Positions 1 through 11,400 of a stretch of 32,000 nucleotides of DNA are shown piece by piece. Each line of letters opens with the position of its first letter. The stretch's first letter is position 1. The position numbers and the translations under genes were made by a program. Location: the NCBI GenBank assembly GCA_054661495.1, contig BAAFSQ010000067.1, positions 12,520 to 44,519 of the forward strand, written 5' to 3'. The DNA is from Zygophlyctis sp. KS116. Taxonomy: Eukaryota; Fungi; Chytridiomycota. The notes under the pieces were generated by a model. It was not told the origin of the DNA. It made no database searches and saw only the letters and a program-made list of their open reading frames with translations.

Positions 1-83
1 AAAACAAATTCATAAATTCCCCTGACCAAAGTGGCCCCTGATCAGTTGGAGACCTGTTCTATATTAAATCTTTAAAAATTAGA

Positions 84-456
84 ATGTTTGCTGAATCTTT
101 AATTGACCTTTGTGCTCTTGCATTTTATAAACCAAAAGACTATTCAAGTCAACTTTATCCTGATCTTGAAATTCCTGAATCGCAAGTCTCTGATTCCATA
201 GACTCAATCTTTAACTGTGCAATCTGTATAAAAGGCCCTGTAAATTTAGTTTTACTACCTTGCTTCCATATTTGTGCTTGTTCTAATTGCTTGTTAAAGC
301 TTAAAGGTAATAATAGAAAACTCAAAAATAGTCAATAAAGTATTAAAATGCCCAATTTGTAGACAAAAAGTAGAAAAATGCTCAAGATTCTACTTTGCGG
401 CAGATATAAATCAAAATTTATTAACTAAAAGGTCTCAGAAGGAAGGCAACAGATGA
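84..456 (+). CDS. RING-HC (C3HC4) zinc-finger protein, 3' part; likely E3 ubiquitin ligase; true start probably upstream
   Basis: CAIC..PCFHICACSNC in ORF 84-338. Removing the GT-AG intron 307-331 (25 nt; an alternative acceptor at 340 is also in frame) gives VNKVLKCPICRQKV, completing the RING. Stop TGA at 454-456. Confidence 0.8.
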
Positions 457-580
457 TTTTAATCAACATTATTGTTTAGAAAGACACGATTATCTGATTC
501 ATCATTGACCTTTTTTTTTAACTTCATTCCTAACCACTAATTTCTTTTATACTTGGGTAAAAAGACCTAACCCTGCATAA

Positions 581-1150
581 TTACCAAAAAGACTCCAAAG
601 AGTTCCAAGAGAGCCATGATTTTCTCTCTGATCTTTTTTTACCCTTTTCTACAATTGAATCATCCTTCATTCTTAAGAAAAATATTGCTGTTTGATGATT
701 AATGACACGTCGAATACTGATCCATCCAAAAATAATTTCAGGAATGATCAAAATTAGATATACAATATTTAGAGCGATTTCAATAGGAAAAGCAAATCCT
801 GATCCAGTAAAAGGTTGTAATAATATGAAATAAAATGCAACAATCAATTGAGGAAATAATGAAAATATAAATAGTCCAGAGAGCTCAGAGACTCTTTCCT
901 CAAGATTTCCAGAGAATCCAGAACGAAGTCTTATAGGTTCTATTAGAATCCAGACTATATACATAAATGCCATGAGCGCAGTATGAAAAAGTGAACAATT
1001 AAAGTATTTAATCTATATTTTAGATACTATGAATACCTTTGTGACCACTGCTAGACCCATGCCTATAGCATATACTGGAAAATACCATAATGAACAATTT
1101 ATGAGAATTTGTAGAGGAAGAGAGCTTGATATTTCCAGTTCCTTTGTCAT
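581..1150 (-). CDS. TMEM17: TMEM17/TMEM216-family ciliary transition-zone membrane protein (~181 aa)
   Basis: Exon 1 reads MTKELEISSSLPLQIL...; 24-nt intron 1013-1036 (gtattcatagtatctaaaatatag); then IEPIRLRSGFSGNLEERVSELSG, matching the family motifs SSLPLQ and E.IRL..G..GNL.E. Several TM segments. Confidence 0.8.
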
Positions 1151-1345
1151 TTCGGACACGATCAAGGATTTTCGGGTTAAAAATGTCCCGTAAAAAGTGC
1201 CATAAACGTTTCTTTCAGTAGATCGACAGCATTTAGCAGCCTTAAATTACAATGCATACATATTTTCAGAGTTGTAAGATTTAATGCAATCATCAATTCA
1301 CCCTAACTTGTATCTTGCAGCTAGTACTAACCATTAGAATCAACA

Positions 1346-2247
1346 ATGGAGATGTAAGCATATTTTGTAAACATTAGACATCCACTAGTCCTTTTCCAGC
1401 TGTCGGATGCATATGCCAGATCATTATCTACTCCTCTCTTTGGGATTCTCTTGGGAAAGTTTGATTCTACAATAGAAATTGTGTCTAGTTTTGAAATCGT
1501 TCAAGAGGAATTATCGGCAAATTCAGAATTCTTATTAAACCGATTCCAATTGTCAAAACAGGTATCTCCATCCTTGGAAATTGTCGGATGGTACTCTATA
1601 GATTCTCAAATTACTGGATACTCTGCAATTCACAAGGCGGTAAATTAGATTATTAATTATAGTTGTTTGGAGTCGAGCCAGGACTCTTTTTACTCTTTAA
1701 TCCTTTTGAATCTAGTTCAGAATTACCAATCAAGGTATTTCGGTTACATGATCAATTTGATCAAGAAGTACCTTTTTCTGTAAAAATCAATAATATTCAA
1801 AGGATTGGTATGGAATCTGTCGCTAAAAGTACAAGTAATAGCCAAGAAAACTGGTGTATTTTTTTTAAAAAAATTCTAAATAATAGTAGCTCCACAACTA
1901 GTATCTCAAGTAAATGCGCTAAAAATGCTTTCAAATCAGTTAAATATTCTTACAAGATACTTGATTGATGTACAAAACGAGAAATTACCCTCTGATTTAG
2001 ATTTATTACGTGAAATTAAAGGATTTTTAAATAGTTTGTCTAGAGAAATGATTGATACGACTCAAGACTACTTGTTAAATGAACAAGACAATATAAAATT
2101 GATGAATTTCTGGTCTGTTGCTTTCAAGAGCTCACAAATGATGAATGGTGTAATTTCTAAAAAATTAAATTTAAATTATAGGCAATAGAAAAATTTCAGA
2201 CTAGTTGGTTTTCTAAAGACCGGAAAAAAAGTTTATCTAGTCTCTAA
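1346..2247 (+). CDS. CSN6: Inactive MPN-domain protein, COP9 signalosome subunit 6-like (~263 aa)
   Basis: Spliced start MEIHPLVLFQLSDAYAR..GILLG; IEIVSSFE; LEIVGWYS; APQLVSQVNALKML; DLLREI. Introns 1354-1377 (24 nt), 1640-1662 (23), 1856-1886 (31), 2150-2181 (32). Spliced length 792 nt is in frame. eIF3f is a less likely paralog call. Confidence 0.75.
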
Positions 2248-3033
2248 TTTTTGTTTTTTCCTGATTTCATCTTGCATTATTTGTTCTAGAGCAGTCATTT
2301 TCCTAGATTTTCCATCATCTTTACTACTTCCTTCTAAATCTCTACTTGAATCAAGTTTAGAACCTGTAGAGGATCCAAAAGAATTTAATTTTTTAGACTC
2401 TAGTCTTCTTTTTCCTAGAGAAATTGAATTAAATGAAATTTTCCCATCAGATTCCCTTTTTAATTCTGTTGGAACACTAGACTCTGGTACAGTTAAAGTT
2501 GCAGCTTTACTCATAATTTCTTGTAAAACTGCCTCATCCCTCTCTTGATCTGTTCTATCTGCCTTTAATTTTCTAGTCTCTTTTTCCTTTTGTAATTTAT
2601 CTTGTAAATTATTATCAATCCAAGTCAAAAATATTCCCTTGTCTGTTTCTTCAACTTTTGCAATTCCATTTCTATCCAAATAAAAGCAAAATTCCCTTAG
2701 ACCGCCCCATCTAGTCCCTGATAAGTGGATATGACTCTTATCAGCAATGTATTCCTGATAGACTAAATTTGAATGTACTCTATTTGTAGAATGCCTATGA
2801 GCTAGAATTCTAATGAATCCAGAAGAGAATATTTGAGAATTTGAAGCAATAATTGATCCCTTGTGTTGAGAGAAATGCTTCATATTCTTCATATGTGACT
2901 CTGACAGACAATGATTCTTGAAACCATTATCATCTCTACATTGCTTCTTACACATTTCACAGTACCATTTTAGTTTCTGAAGGCCAGCGGCTTTAATCTT
3001 TTTAGCGACGGCCTTGTAAGTTGCGTCTCTCAT
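2233..3033 (-). CDS. KIN17: KIN17/RTS2 zinc-finger DNA/RNA-binding protein
   Basis: KAAGLQKLKWYCEMCKKQCRDDNGFKNHCLSESH and VYQEYIADKSHIHLSGTRW are KIN17 signatures. ATG at 3033 matches the family N-terminus. Confidence 0.92.
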   Translation of the reverse strand: MRDATYKAVAKKIKAAGLQKLKWYCEMCKKQCRDDNGFKNHCLSESHMKNMKHFSQHKGSIIASNSQIFSSGFIRILAHRHSTNRVHSNLVYQEYIADKSHIHLSGTRWGGLREFCFYLDRNGIAKVEETDKGIFLTWIDNNLQDKLQKEKETRKLKADRTDQERDEAVLQEIMSKAATLTVPESSVPTELKRESDGKISFNSISLGKRRLESKKLNSFGSSTGSKLDSSRDLEGSSKDDGKSRKMTALEQIMQDEIRKKQKLETR

Positions 3034-3045
3034 TTGAAAATTTTT

Positions 3046-3120
3046 ACCGTTGAGCGACCGTTTTGTGACCGTTTTGTGACCGTTGAGCGACCGTGGGTCC
3101 GTGGGTCTGTGGGTCCGTGG
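3046..3120. repeat. GC-rich compound minisatellite in the KIN17 / Nup49-58 divergent promoter
   Basis: Four 11-bp units in A-B-B-A order (ACCGTTGAGCG, ACCGTTTTGTG x2, ACCGTTGAGCG), followed by about 3.75 8-bp units C(C/T)GTGGGT. Confidence 0.9.
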
Positions 3121-3178
3121 CGAGAAATGACACGCGTCCAGGCTACACAAGTGTTGGGCTAGTGTACAGAAAAGAGAA

Positions 3179-3826
3179 ATGCAATACAATCAACTGGCTC
3201 CTCCTCTCAAGGACAAGATAAACCAAGTTGAGAAATTTATAAAATCTCAAATACAATTACAAGAGTCTTTAGAAGGAATAGATTTAGACAAGAAATTCAA
3301 GGAAATAAATTTACAAGTCTTGGAAAATAAACTTGCTGTTGCAACTCTCTCTGTTGAAAAAGACTTTTATAGGATAAATAAGCTCAATTTGCGTGTAAAT
3401 AAGGAATTGAGAAACTCTGATTTAATTTCTCGATACTTGAGTTTAGGAGGTAAAACTAATCAGGATGGATTTTTTAATTATTTTACTAGTTTAACAAGGG
3501 AATTAGAGACTAGAATTGTTGATTTAAAAAACAAATTGGATGAATTAGAGTTGTGTTGTAGGTCAAAAAGGGACTTAGGGTCACCCCTAGTAATTCAAGA
3601 TACAATTATTAGACAAAATGAAGTCTTGTGTTCAATGGCAAATTTAGTGTCTAATTTACATGATCAGATTTCAAAATGTAAAAGAGAATTTTTGGAATTT
3701 TCTAAAAAATATTCAATTCAAGAAGCATCAAGATATTTACCATTATTGGAAAATTCAATAGGGAATAATGGAGTCAAGAGTAAAGAAAGTCTATCTGATA
3801 TTGCTGCTAATTTGATTCCAACTTGA
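3179..3826 (+). CDS. Coiled-coil protein resembling the helical domain of nucleoporin Nup49/Nup58
   Basis: 215-aa intronless ORF. QYNQLAPPLKDKINQVEKFIKSQI and YFTSLTRELETRIVDLKNKLDELE resemble the Nup49/Nup58 helical region (recognised from memory, not searched). Confidence 0.55.
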   Translation: MQYNQLAPPLKDKINQVEKFIKSQIQLQESLEGIDLDKKFKEINLQVLENKLAVATLSVEKDFYRINKLNLRVNKELRNSDLISRYLSLGGKTNQDGFFNYFTSLTRELETRIVDLKNKLDELELCCRSKRDLGSPLVIQDTIIRQNEVLCSMANLVSNLHDQISKCKREFLEFSKKYSIQEASRYLPLLENSIGNNGVKSKESLSDIAANLIPT

Positions 3827-3919
3827 TTTTTTAAAATTATTAAATGACCTTGCACCGCACAACCGTAAATAACTAAAACCGCACAACTAAAACGTCATTT
3901 TTGTCGTTAAAATTTGAAA

Positions 3920-4561
3920 ATGTCTGATGATGATTTTGACATTGAAAAGTTTCTAAGGGAAGAGTCAAGCGCTTTTAACCAAGAAAAGGAAGTCAAGCGC
4001 ATCATAGAATTAGAAGAAACTTCAAAGAATCCTTTTGAAATTCTAAATGTAGATCCTAAAATTTGGACAAATCCGCCAGGCTCTGCTCTGCACATTCATG
4101 AATGGTTTGACCCGGCTCTCATTAAGAAACTGTTTAGAGAGAAATCTTTACTAGTACATCCTGATAAATGCTCTCTAGAAAAAGCACCAGAAGCTTTTCA
4201 GTTGTTGAAAAAAGCTCATACTCAACTTACAAATCCAGAGATTGTCAAGGAATTGTATCATTATACCAGAGATGCTATTTATCTTGTAAAATCAAAGGAT
4301 AAATCTCCAATTGCGGATATTATACTCACTGTACGGAGACTCATCAAGGATGTAAATGATAGAATTCAGTTGAGAATCAAAAATACAGAAGAAAGAGATG
4401 TAGAACAAGTAGTAAAACAAGTGGATGATTTAATTAAAGTTGCAAAGCAAGAAAAGGAATGGGCTGCAACAAGAGAAAAAAGAGTTGGGTCTTGGAGAGA
4501 TTGGCAGACAAAAGGTCCTAAAAAGAAAAAAGTAAAGAGGAATTTAGGAGTCTTGGGTTGA
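3920..4561 (+). CDS. DNAJC8: J-domain protein DNAJC8/Spf31
   Basis: NPFEIL...REKSLLVHPDK...APEAFQLLKKA J-domain, plus the C-terminal W...REKRVGSWRDW typical of Spf31/DNAJC8. ATG at 3920. Confidence 0.88.
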   Translation: MSDDDFDIEKFLREESSAFNQEKEVKRIIELEETSKNPFEILNVDPKIWTNPPGSALHIHEWFDPALIKKLFREKSLLVHPDKCSLEKAPEAFQLLKKAHTQLTNPEIVKELYHYTRDAIYLVKSKDKSPIADIILTVRRLIKDVNDRIQLRIKNTEERDVEQVVKQVDDLIKVAKQEKEWAATREKRVGSWRDWQTKGPKKKKVKRNLGVLG

Positions 4562-4622
4562 ATATTCTATATAAAAGTTTTTTAAAAAGTTAAGATTTCC
4601 TGAGGACGTTTTATTTCAGAGA

Positions 4623-5869
4623 ATGGTGTACCTGTTCTTGTGTATGATTGTCGCTATGATTTATGGCAATTTGGATCAATTCGATTGGATTTCAAAATCA
4701 GTCTCATCTGAAGAAATGGTAAAGATGTATCATGACTATAAGCCAAATGATGATTTTCCAAAATCTAGAAATTTCAACACTTCATATGTTCTCGCATATG
4801 TGACTCCATGGAATGGAAAAGGTACATTTGAACTTTTAAATTAAGGCTATGATATTGCAAAAGAATTTAGAGGTATATTACGTTATTAAGGCCGAGGAAA
4901 GTTTACACATATTAGTCCCGTTTGGCTGAATTTAGAGCCCGATGATGCCAGTATATTTAAGATCACTGGGACACATGATATAGATGTAGGATGGATGGAT
5001 CAAGTCAGGCAGGATAATGATGCTCTAATTGTTCCAAGGCTAATATTCTCAAAAATGGCAACCAATCATTACATTTCACTAATTCAAAATGAAACTTTGT
5101 CGCTGGCAGTGGTTGAATTAATTATAAAGAATTTAAAGCATTACAAGTTTGATGGTGTGGTTCTAGAGGTTGGTAAGTTTAGAAATGTCGTGATCTAAAG
5201 GAGTTCCTATACGATATTTGCAGAATTTCATTAAATTCTTATCTAAAGAATTGAAATCTTTATCTAAAAGAATGCAAATATTTCTTGTTATTCCTCCATA
5301 TCATACGTATCATCAAGAAGAATTGGTTTCTGAAAATGATTTGAAACTAATCATTGATTTTATAGATGGGTTAAGCTTGATGACATATGATTACACAGCA
5401 TCTTCTCTCGGTGGTCCAAATGCGCCTATTCAATGGATTTCTGATAATGGTAATGGTTTGTGATTTTTCCTAAATATAGTTGCAAGATTGGATCCGCATG
5501 AACTTTACAGGTCAAAGATATTAATGGGTATGAATCTATATGGATACGATTATTCAAAATCTAATGGTAGACAGGATATTGTAGGCAGTACATTTGTCGA
5601 CATCATCAAGGAAAACTCGGTAACTATAACATGGTCCGAATCTGATGGCGAAGTAATTAAGATTTTTTTACTAAATAATTCAGCATTTTTTCGAGTATCA
5701 AACGCAAGGGGATAGTCATAATTTGTATTATCCCACTTTGCCGGTAATTCAAATTGATATGAACATATAGTCGTTGAATGAAAGAATTAACTTGGCTCAA
5801 AAAATGGGAACTGGTCTTAGCTTGTGGGAAATCGGACAAGGCCAAAATATGTTTTATGAGCTGCTTTAG
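4623..5869 (+). CDS. CHID1: Chitinase-domain-containing protein 1 (GH18 fold, non-catalytic), with signal peptide (~360 aa)
   Basis: VLAYVTPWNGKGYDIAK..GKFTHISPVWL; FDGVVLE (no DxxDxDxE); SLMTYDY; GPNAPIQW; LWEIGQG. Introns 4822-4845 (24 nt), 4873-4896 (24), 5173-5200 (28), 5450-5479 (30), 5653-5683 (31), 5744-5770 (27). Spliced length 1083 nt is in frame. Confidence 0.9.
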
Positions 5870-5880
5870 TTACAGAGTTT

Positions 5881-8368
5881 TTATTTGGATGGGTCAACAA
5901 TTCCAAGAATTTTTTCAAGAGTATTATCTCCAAAAATGTGTTTAATTTGATCTTGCAGCTCCCCTTTCAGAAAATCATCATATGAAAACGATAAATTCGA
6001 AGGATTAGTAGTTCCATCTCTAGTCCAGGTTTGAGACATTCTCTTTTTTGGCCATGTTCTAAGAATCACATCTGATTTTGTCACAACAACTTGATGATAC
6101 CTAAAGATTTAGATCAAGATCCAAACCTACGATTGCGAAGGTGCAGGTGCTTCAGCCTGTTTCTCGAATAATGATTCGTATGATTTTTTCACTTCTGTAG
6201 GCTCATCTGTCTTTGTATTTGTTCCCATACTAGTATGTCCGGAAGTTTTGAGAAACTAAAGTTTAAGTTCCGAACTGCTGCACGCGAAGCCTATTAGAAA
6301 TCACTTTGAAGTTTCATCAAATAATACAAGTACAACTGATTCTTCAATCTCTGTTTCCAAACTCGTATCTTCATTTTTTTCATGCGATTCTATCTTGATT
6401 GCCGTATTTAAAATTGGAACAATCGCTTCTAAATCTGCATTACTATTGTCTATTTCTTTTTCGGGATGTATCAAATCAGATGTGGCTATTTCAGATGCAA
6501 TATTTTCTGTGTCAGGTTCCATGGTGCTGCATATATTCTCTGAAGTGCTTGGCCCCGGCAAATCAAAAGCAGGGACTGATTCCGTCGAGGGGTTCTGCTT
6601 GGCTTCAATATAAACTTCACTGTCACTACTAGTTGGTGATTGTTTTTTGATTAATTGATCGGGAATTTCTAAGCTATCTAATTTTGGCCCGTCTTGTGGT
6701 GCGGCGCTATTTTGGGCCTCTTCTCCGCCCGAAATATGATCGTGCTTTCCATTATAGTCTTCAGAATCTACTTCTGAAATGCTATCGCTAGCAATGCTTT
6801 CTGAAATACCGATAGACTCGCCAGCTTCTTCATCAACAGGGACCAGCGACATTTCATCTTCCTTAATATGGTACGTGTTGTAAATATATTGAAGCGTTTC
6901 ATAAACATTCCAAACAGGAACAGACATTTTTCTTCTTTGACTTTTTCCCAACCCAGTCCAGTCCTGAAAAAATTTGGGCATTGGAGGAAGTTTCAAATTT
7001 AAGTTCATGGCATTCACTCCAAGAGTACTGACTTGTAAGGTGTCTTTTGAAATCCAACTCGGTCTTTCCGGAGAAAAAATTCCAGCAAATTGGATAAATA
7101 CCAAATCTAGGCTATTCTCCAACGATTTTCCATTATCACCAATTTTGAAAATATCCATAATTACACAAATTGTTGTTAATATTCCCAGATCTAGTCTCTG
7201 ATGAAGTACCACACTTTTTCTTAATTTAGAAGTATCATTTTCCAAAAAAGAGATAAATTCACCATCTATTAAAGATTCCTTCTTTTAACCAATAAAATTA
7301 ATACCTTGATTGATAAAAAGAAAATTAGCAGCAGTTGAACCAGAAGTTTAATATCAAGTGTTTCGATCATAGACCATTCTCCACAGTTTATTTTGGATTG
7401 CATTTTTGTAAACTCCTCGCTATTGACATGATAGTCCAAATGCTCAATTTCATCAATTATGATTACCCGATTTTCCTGTATCTGAAATAGTTCCTTGAGA
7501 CGTTTAGAAATTAGATATACTGGCTTTGGAACCCACCTTTAAATTAGAAAAAAACTGCAAGATATAAAGGCCTTTTGACCAAATATTTTTCTTACATACC
7601 TTAGCTTTCTTTGCTCTTTGCCATGAAGGCATATACTCTGATTTTGAAGAATATCCAAGAAAGTTTGAGATGGAGTAGAAATCATTCCTGACATCATCAT
7701 TTGGGGATAATAAAACCGAAGCTTTGTCAAATACGTTCGAAATACATCTAAAAATGCAGTCTGTTTCTTATTCTGAATTGATCCTGGTCTGGCCAATCTC
7801 ACTAGCTGCTGAGCCTCTATTGGAGTCATTTGCTTATCGAATATAAGATACGATGCAATTAATAGTCCAGTTCTTCCCAATCCCGCATGACAATGGACTG
7901 CTACCTTTTTTCCTGATCCAATGAGAAAGGACATTAACTGCACAGCCCCTAGTATAAGTTCGCAATGTGGAATATCCATATCAACCCAGCCATACTGCAG
8001 ATAAGATATTCCTGATTCCATCCAAACTTCTGGTACATAGCTGAAATCACTACCGGGATCTAGCCCATCACCACAAGCCATGTGCTCACCAGGCTGCTGT
8101 AGATTGAAAATTGCACCGATACCTGCCTCCTTAAACTTTCGAATTAAATTGTATTCCCTCATCAGTCGGGTAGAAGGGCGTTGCATAGCCAAAACATTAT
8201 TCGTTATCCTAGCGGTAAGATATGATCATGATACCAGTTACTGTAAAGACCATCAAATGCATTGGTTCCTTGACCAACCCAAAGCTTCCAATTCTCATAT
8301 TTGCAACCTGCTCCACCACAAAAGTAGCAGTGGATCGTAGAAAGTGATCCGGCTGGAGAAATACTCAT
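5881..8368 (-). CDS. PTPDC1: Protein tyrosine phosphatase domain-containing 1-like, with a long acidic C-terminal region
   Basis: CYFCGGAGCKYENW..LYSNWITNNVLAMQRPST; NLQQPGEH..CG; active site VHCHAGLGRTG. Introns 8209-8234 (26 nt), 7537-7599 (63), 7279-7304 (26), 6101-6130 (30). Exon structure around 6250-6330 is unresolved. Confidence 0.88.
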
Positions 8369-8429
8369 AAACAAATAATTGTCAAGTGGCGTTCAGGGTG
8401 GCTCAAGTGCTATTTAATGTAAATCAGCT

Positions 8430-11400
8430 TTAAGAATCTGTATTTAAAACTAATGCTACGCCTTGCAAAACCCAGTGGGATATATGATCATTGGTACTAA
8501 GATCTGCATCAAAGACCCATCCAATTCCTGACGCATTACGTCTCATTTGAGTCGTGTAAACTGGTGCTCTGAAAGTGTTTTGTAATTTTAATCTAGTGGC
8601 TTCTATTGGAATAATTCGCAATATTGGGAGTTCAGAAACCAATTTTCCGCCACCTTCCAATAGTGCAAGCGCACCTCGCGATCTATCCCAAGCTGCACCT
8701 TCTAAATACAGTCCCTGTACATAGCATCCAGAAGGATGGCGGTCCAGTATTTCTTTAGGATCCACAAAACTTGTGACTTGTGTGTATAGCGTTGATCGAT
8801 CAAGAGCCCAACCATTTTTGCGGCAAGTTGTCTGTACAAGAGCAGTAATATAAGCCTCAGGCACATGAAGTCCAGAGAGCCACATCACAATTGGTTCACC
8901 ATTCTTTACCCATGAAGAATATTGCTGGTATCTTCGCTCAAAATGCTGCATCCAGGAACTCAAGCCTTTTTCAGTTTGAGGGGCCAAGCTTCTCCAGTGT
9001 GGGGGTAGCACCCCATTAAATAAAGAGTTAGAAAGAATGTCCAAATTCGCACCCATGCCGATTTCACCTTTCAAAGCCCTTCTTAGATCCCTTAAAGAAA
9101 TCGACATTGCTCTATATAATTAATACTTTAAAATTATTACTCTACGAGCGTATTCCATCTTTCTAATTCCTGCAAAAGAACCACTTGCGTTGGAGAAGGT
9201 GTTCCCATCGCCTTATATATTCTAGGAACATCAAAAGCTGGCGGCAGTTTGGCTTGCACATCTGATGCTATAGATCCTATGAAATCTTCCCTACTGATAC
9301 CACCAGCTGCCTCAGAAGTACGGGGCTGCAAAGAAATTAGCTGAGACCAAATGTCTTTCACGGCCGTAGTAAGATATCCAATTTCTGCATCAGGATGCAA
9401 ACCAAAGACATCAGGGGCATTAGTAAGTGGCAGTCCATCAATTACAACAATATAATCATCTCTTGAGCTGTACATAGGTAATTTGTATTGCACCATGTTG
9501 TTAGAAAAGAAACTGAATGGCTGATATGGATCGAAGATAAAATCACCCAGATATTCATCAAGATAAGTCATCAAGACCCTTCGATCATAATCATCGGTTA
9601 CTCTTCCGCCATATATTGTTTCTCCGATCAAATATTTCAAAGTTGTCCATGGTATTTTACCATCTTTTGATGTCGCAGCCTTATTAAGGTAAGTTCTTAA
9701 GATAGTATTTCCTACTCTAAAATCAGACTCATTAAAATCATATTTCACATTCCATCCAATCTTCCCATATTTCCCACGCTCCTGAACAACAGCATGGAAA
9801 AATGCCAATACATAGACGAGTGATCTAAACGACTGTGAGAGACAGTCTTCCAAGTGATGTTCAGTGAGTTTGTAGTAGCTACTTCTTAGATTTAGTTTTA
9901 AGCCATTAGGTGGTTCGGTTACTACTTTTAATGACTTTTGCAAAATGCCAATAGGAAAAGATGGGGTGGGCTCAGTTGTAAGCCATAGCCTGAAGTCTTT
10001 ATGTGGTCTTTCAATCTTTTCTAATACCTTTTCCAACGTCCGCAGCCAGCCAACCAATAGATGACAATTTTGTAGCATCAACCATTGTCCACGAGCAACA
10101 GCCGTTTCGAGTAACTGTAAAGCAACGGGAGCCTGCCCCTGTCCAAGAGACAGGAATTTGAGCTTGTTTCCACCAAATCCTAAACTTTCTGCTAATTTTT
10201 GTAAATCACTTTGAGGATCTGCACCGGGCGATAAAATAAATACAACGGGGCTTAAAGGGGTTGACTGATCAAATATGTTTTGAAAGTTGATCACAGGGGG
10301 CATAACGAACCTTTCACCCATGTTTTTGATTACAAAATTTGTAATTGAGTTATATACACGATCAATTCTGAAGCAACGCAAAAGGCAAAGCTGTTGAAAG
10401 ATATTAAGGCGCTGAGAATAATCCATCGGTAATTCGGACGCTTCAGGTGCCTCTAATTTCACCCATTCTCTCCAGGATTTTTCATTATCGCGAACGTGCT
10501 GCGGAAGTAACCCAAAATTGGCATTTAAAGTCGAGAGTTTCAAAAGATCTTTCCAGCCTTGATCCGATATCCATGAAAACGGCTTTTTAATAGCGGGCTG
10601 GTCCAGCGAAACATTTCCTTTTAGGAAAAAGTCGAGCTCGATTAAGTCAATCAATCCTTCAGCTTCTAAGATTTTAATAGTGATCTGGAAAGAAAACATG
10701 AGTTTATGTTTTTCAAAAAGACCAGTGCATCCATAGTTATAGACGGTATATCGTAAAGTATCAATTATTTTAGTCAACCTTTTGCTGAGAACCGTGTCAG
10801 GTTTTGCTTTATGAAGAGAAATTATGAAAACTTCAAGAAATGATTTCAGCGAATATTCATACATAGGATTAATTGCTGACAAATCAGCCAGAACAAAGAA
10901 TAAAACAGCACCGCATTTTGCGACAGGCCTATAAGCATCTCTTGATATCTCCACTTCTTTAGAGGTTTGATTGGCTAACACTAATTTTTGGGCAACCTCG
11001 GTGGCTTTTGCTTTGGTTTCCTCAAGTGTTCGAATTAATTCAACATTATCCAGCATTAAACCTGTTGAAGATGCCAATTCTCGAAGCAAAGTATCTTCCA
11101 AGTCTTTAAGTAAACTCTTGTTTTGACTAACTTCGACCACAAGCTTTTCTTTCATTTCTTCCAGCTCCTTTCTTTCATGCGCAACAACTACATTCAATAG
11201 CTGATCACTAAGTCCCTTAAAAGTCACACTGTAATTTATAACAATGGCAGAACCGAAAACTTTTGGTGTGTAAATCGGATTAGCGATTTTGGTAGTCAAG
11301 TAGAGTCTGAAATTGGGATCATAGTCAATTTCCTTGTCACCAAGCACAATGTATTTACGAGATCCATTAACTTTCACATTTTTTTCAAGTATATTGTCGA

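Noticed and set aside
1274-1337. Upstream intron-like sequence with TACTAAC, sharing TATCTTGCAG with the 63-nt PTPDC1 intron
   Set aside because: A 28-nt 5'-UTR intron (1310-1337) is plausible, but I found no upstream exon in frame with CSN6. A single 10-mer match in AT-rich DNA is not persuasive without RNA data.
3046-3120. CRISPR array or telomeric repeat
   Set aside because: Units are 8-11 bp with no unique spacers, in a eukaryotic intergenic position, and do not form a homogeneous telomere-like tract.
3034-3189. 52-aa N-terminal extension of KIN17 shown in the ORF track
   Set aside because: It is a read-through of the promoter minisatellite from a non-ATG start; family homology begins at the ATG at 3033.
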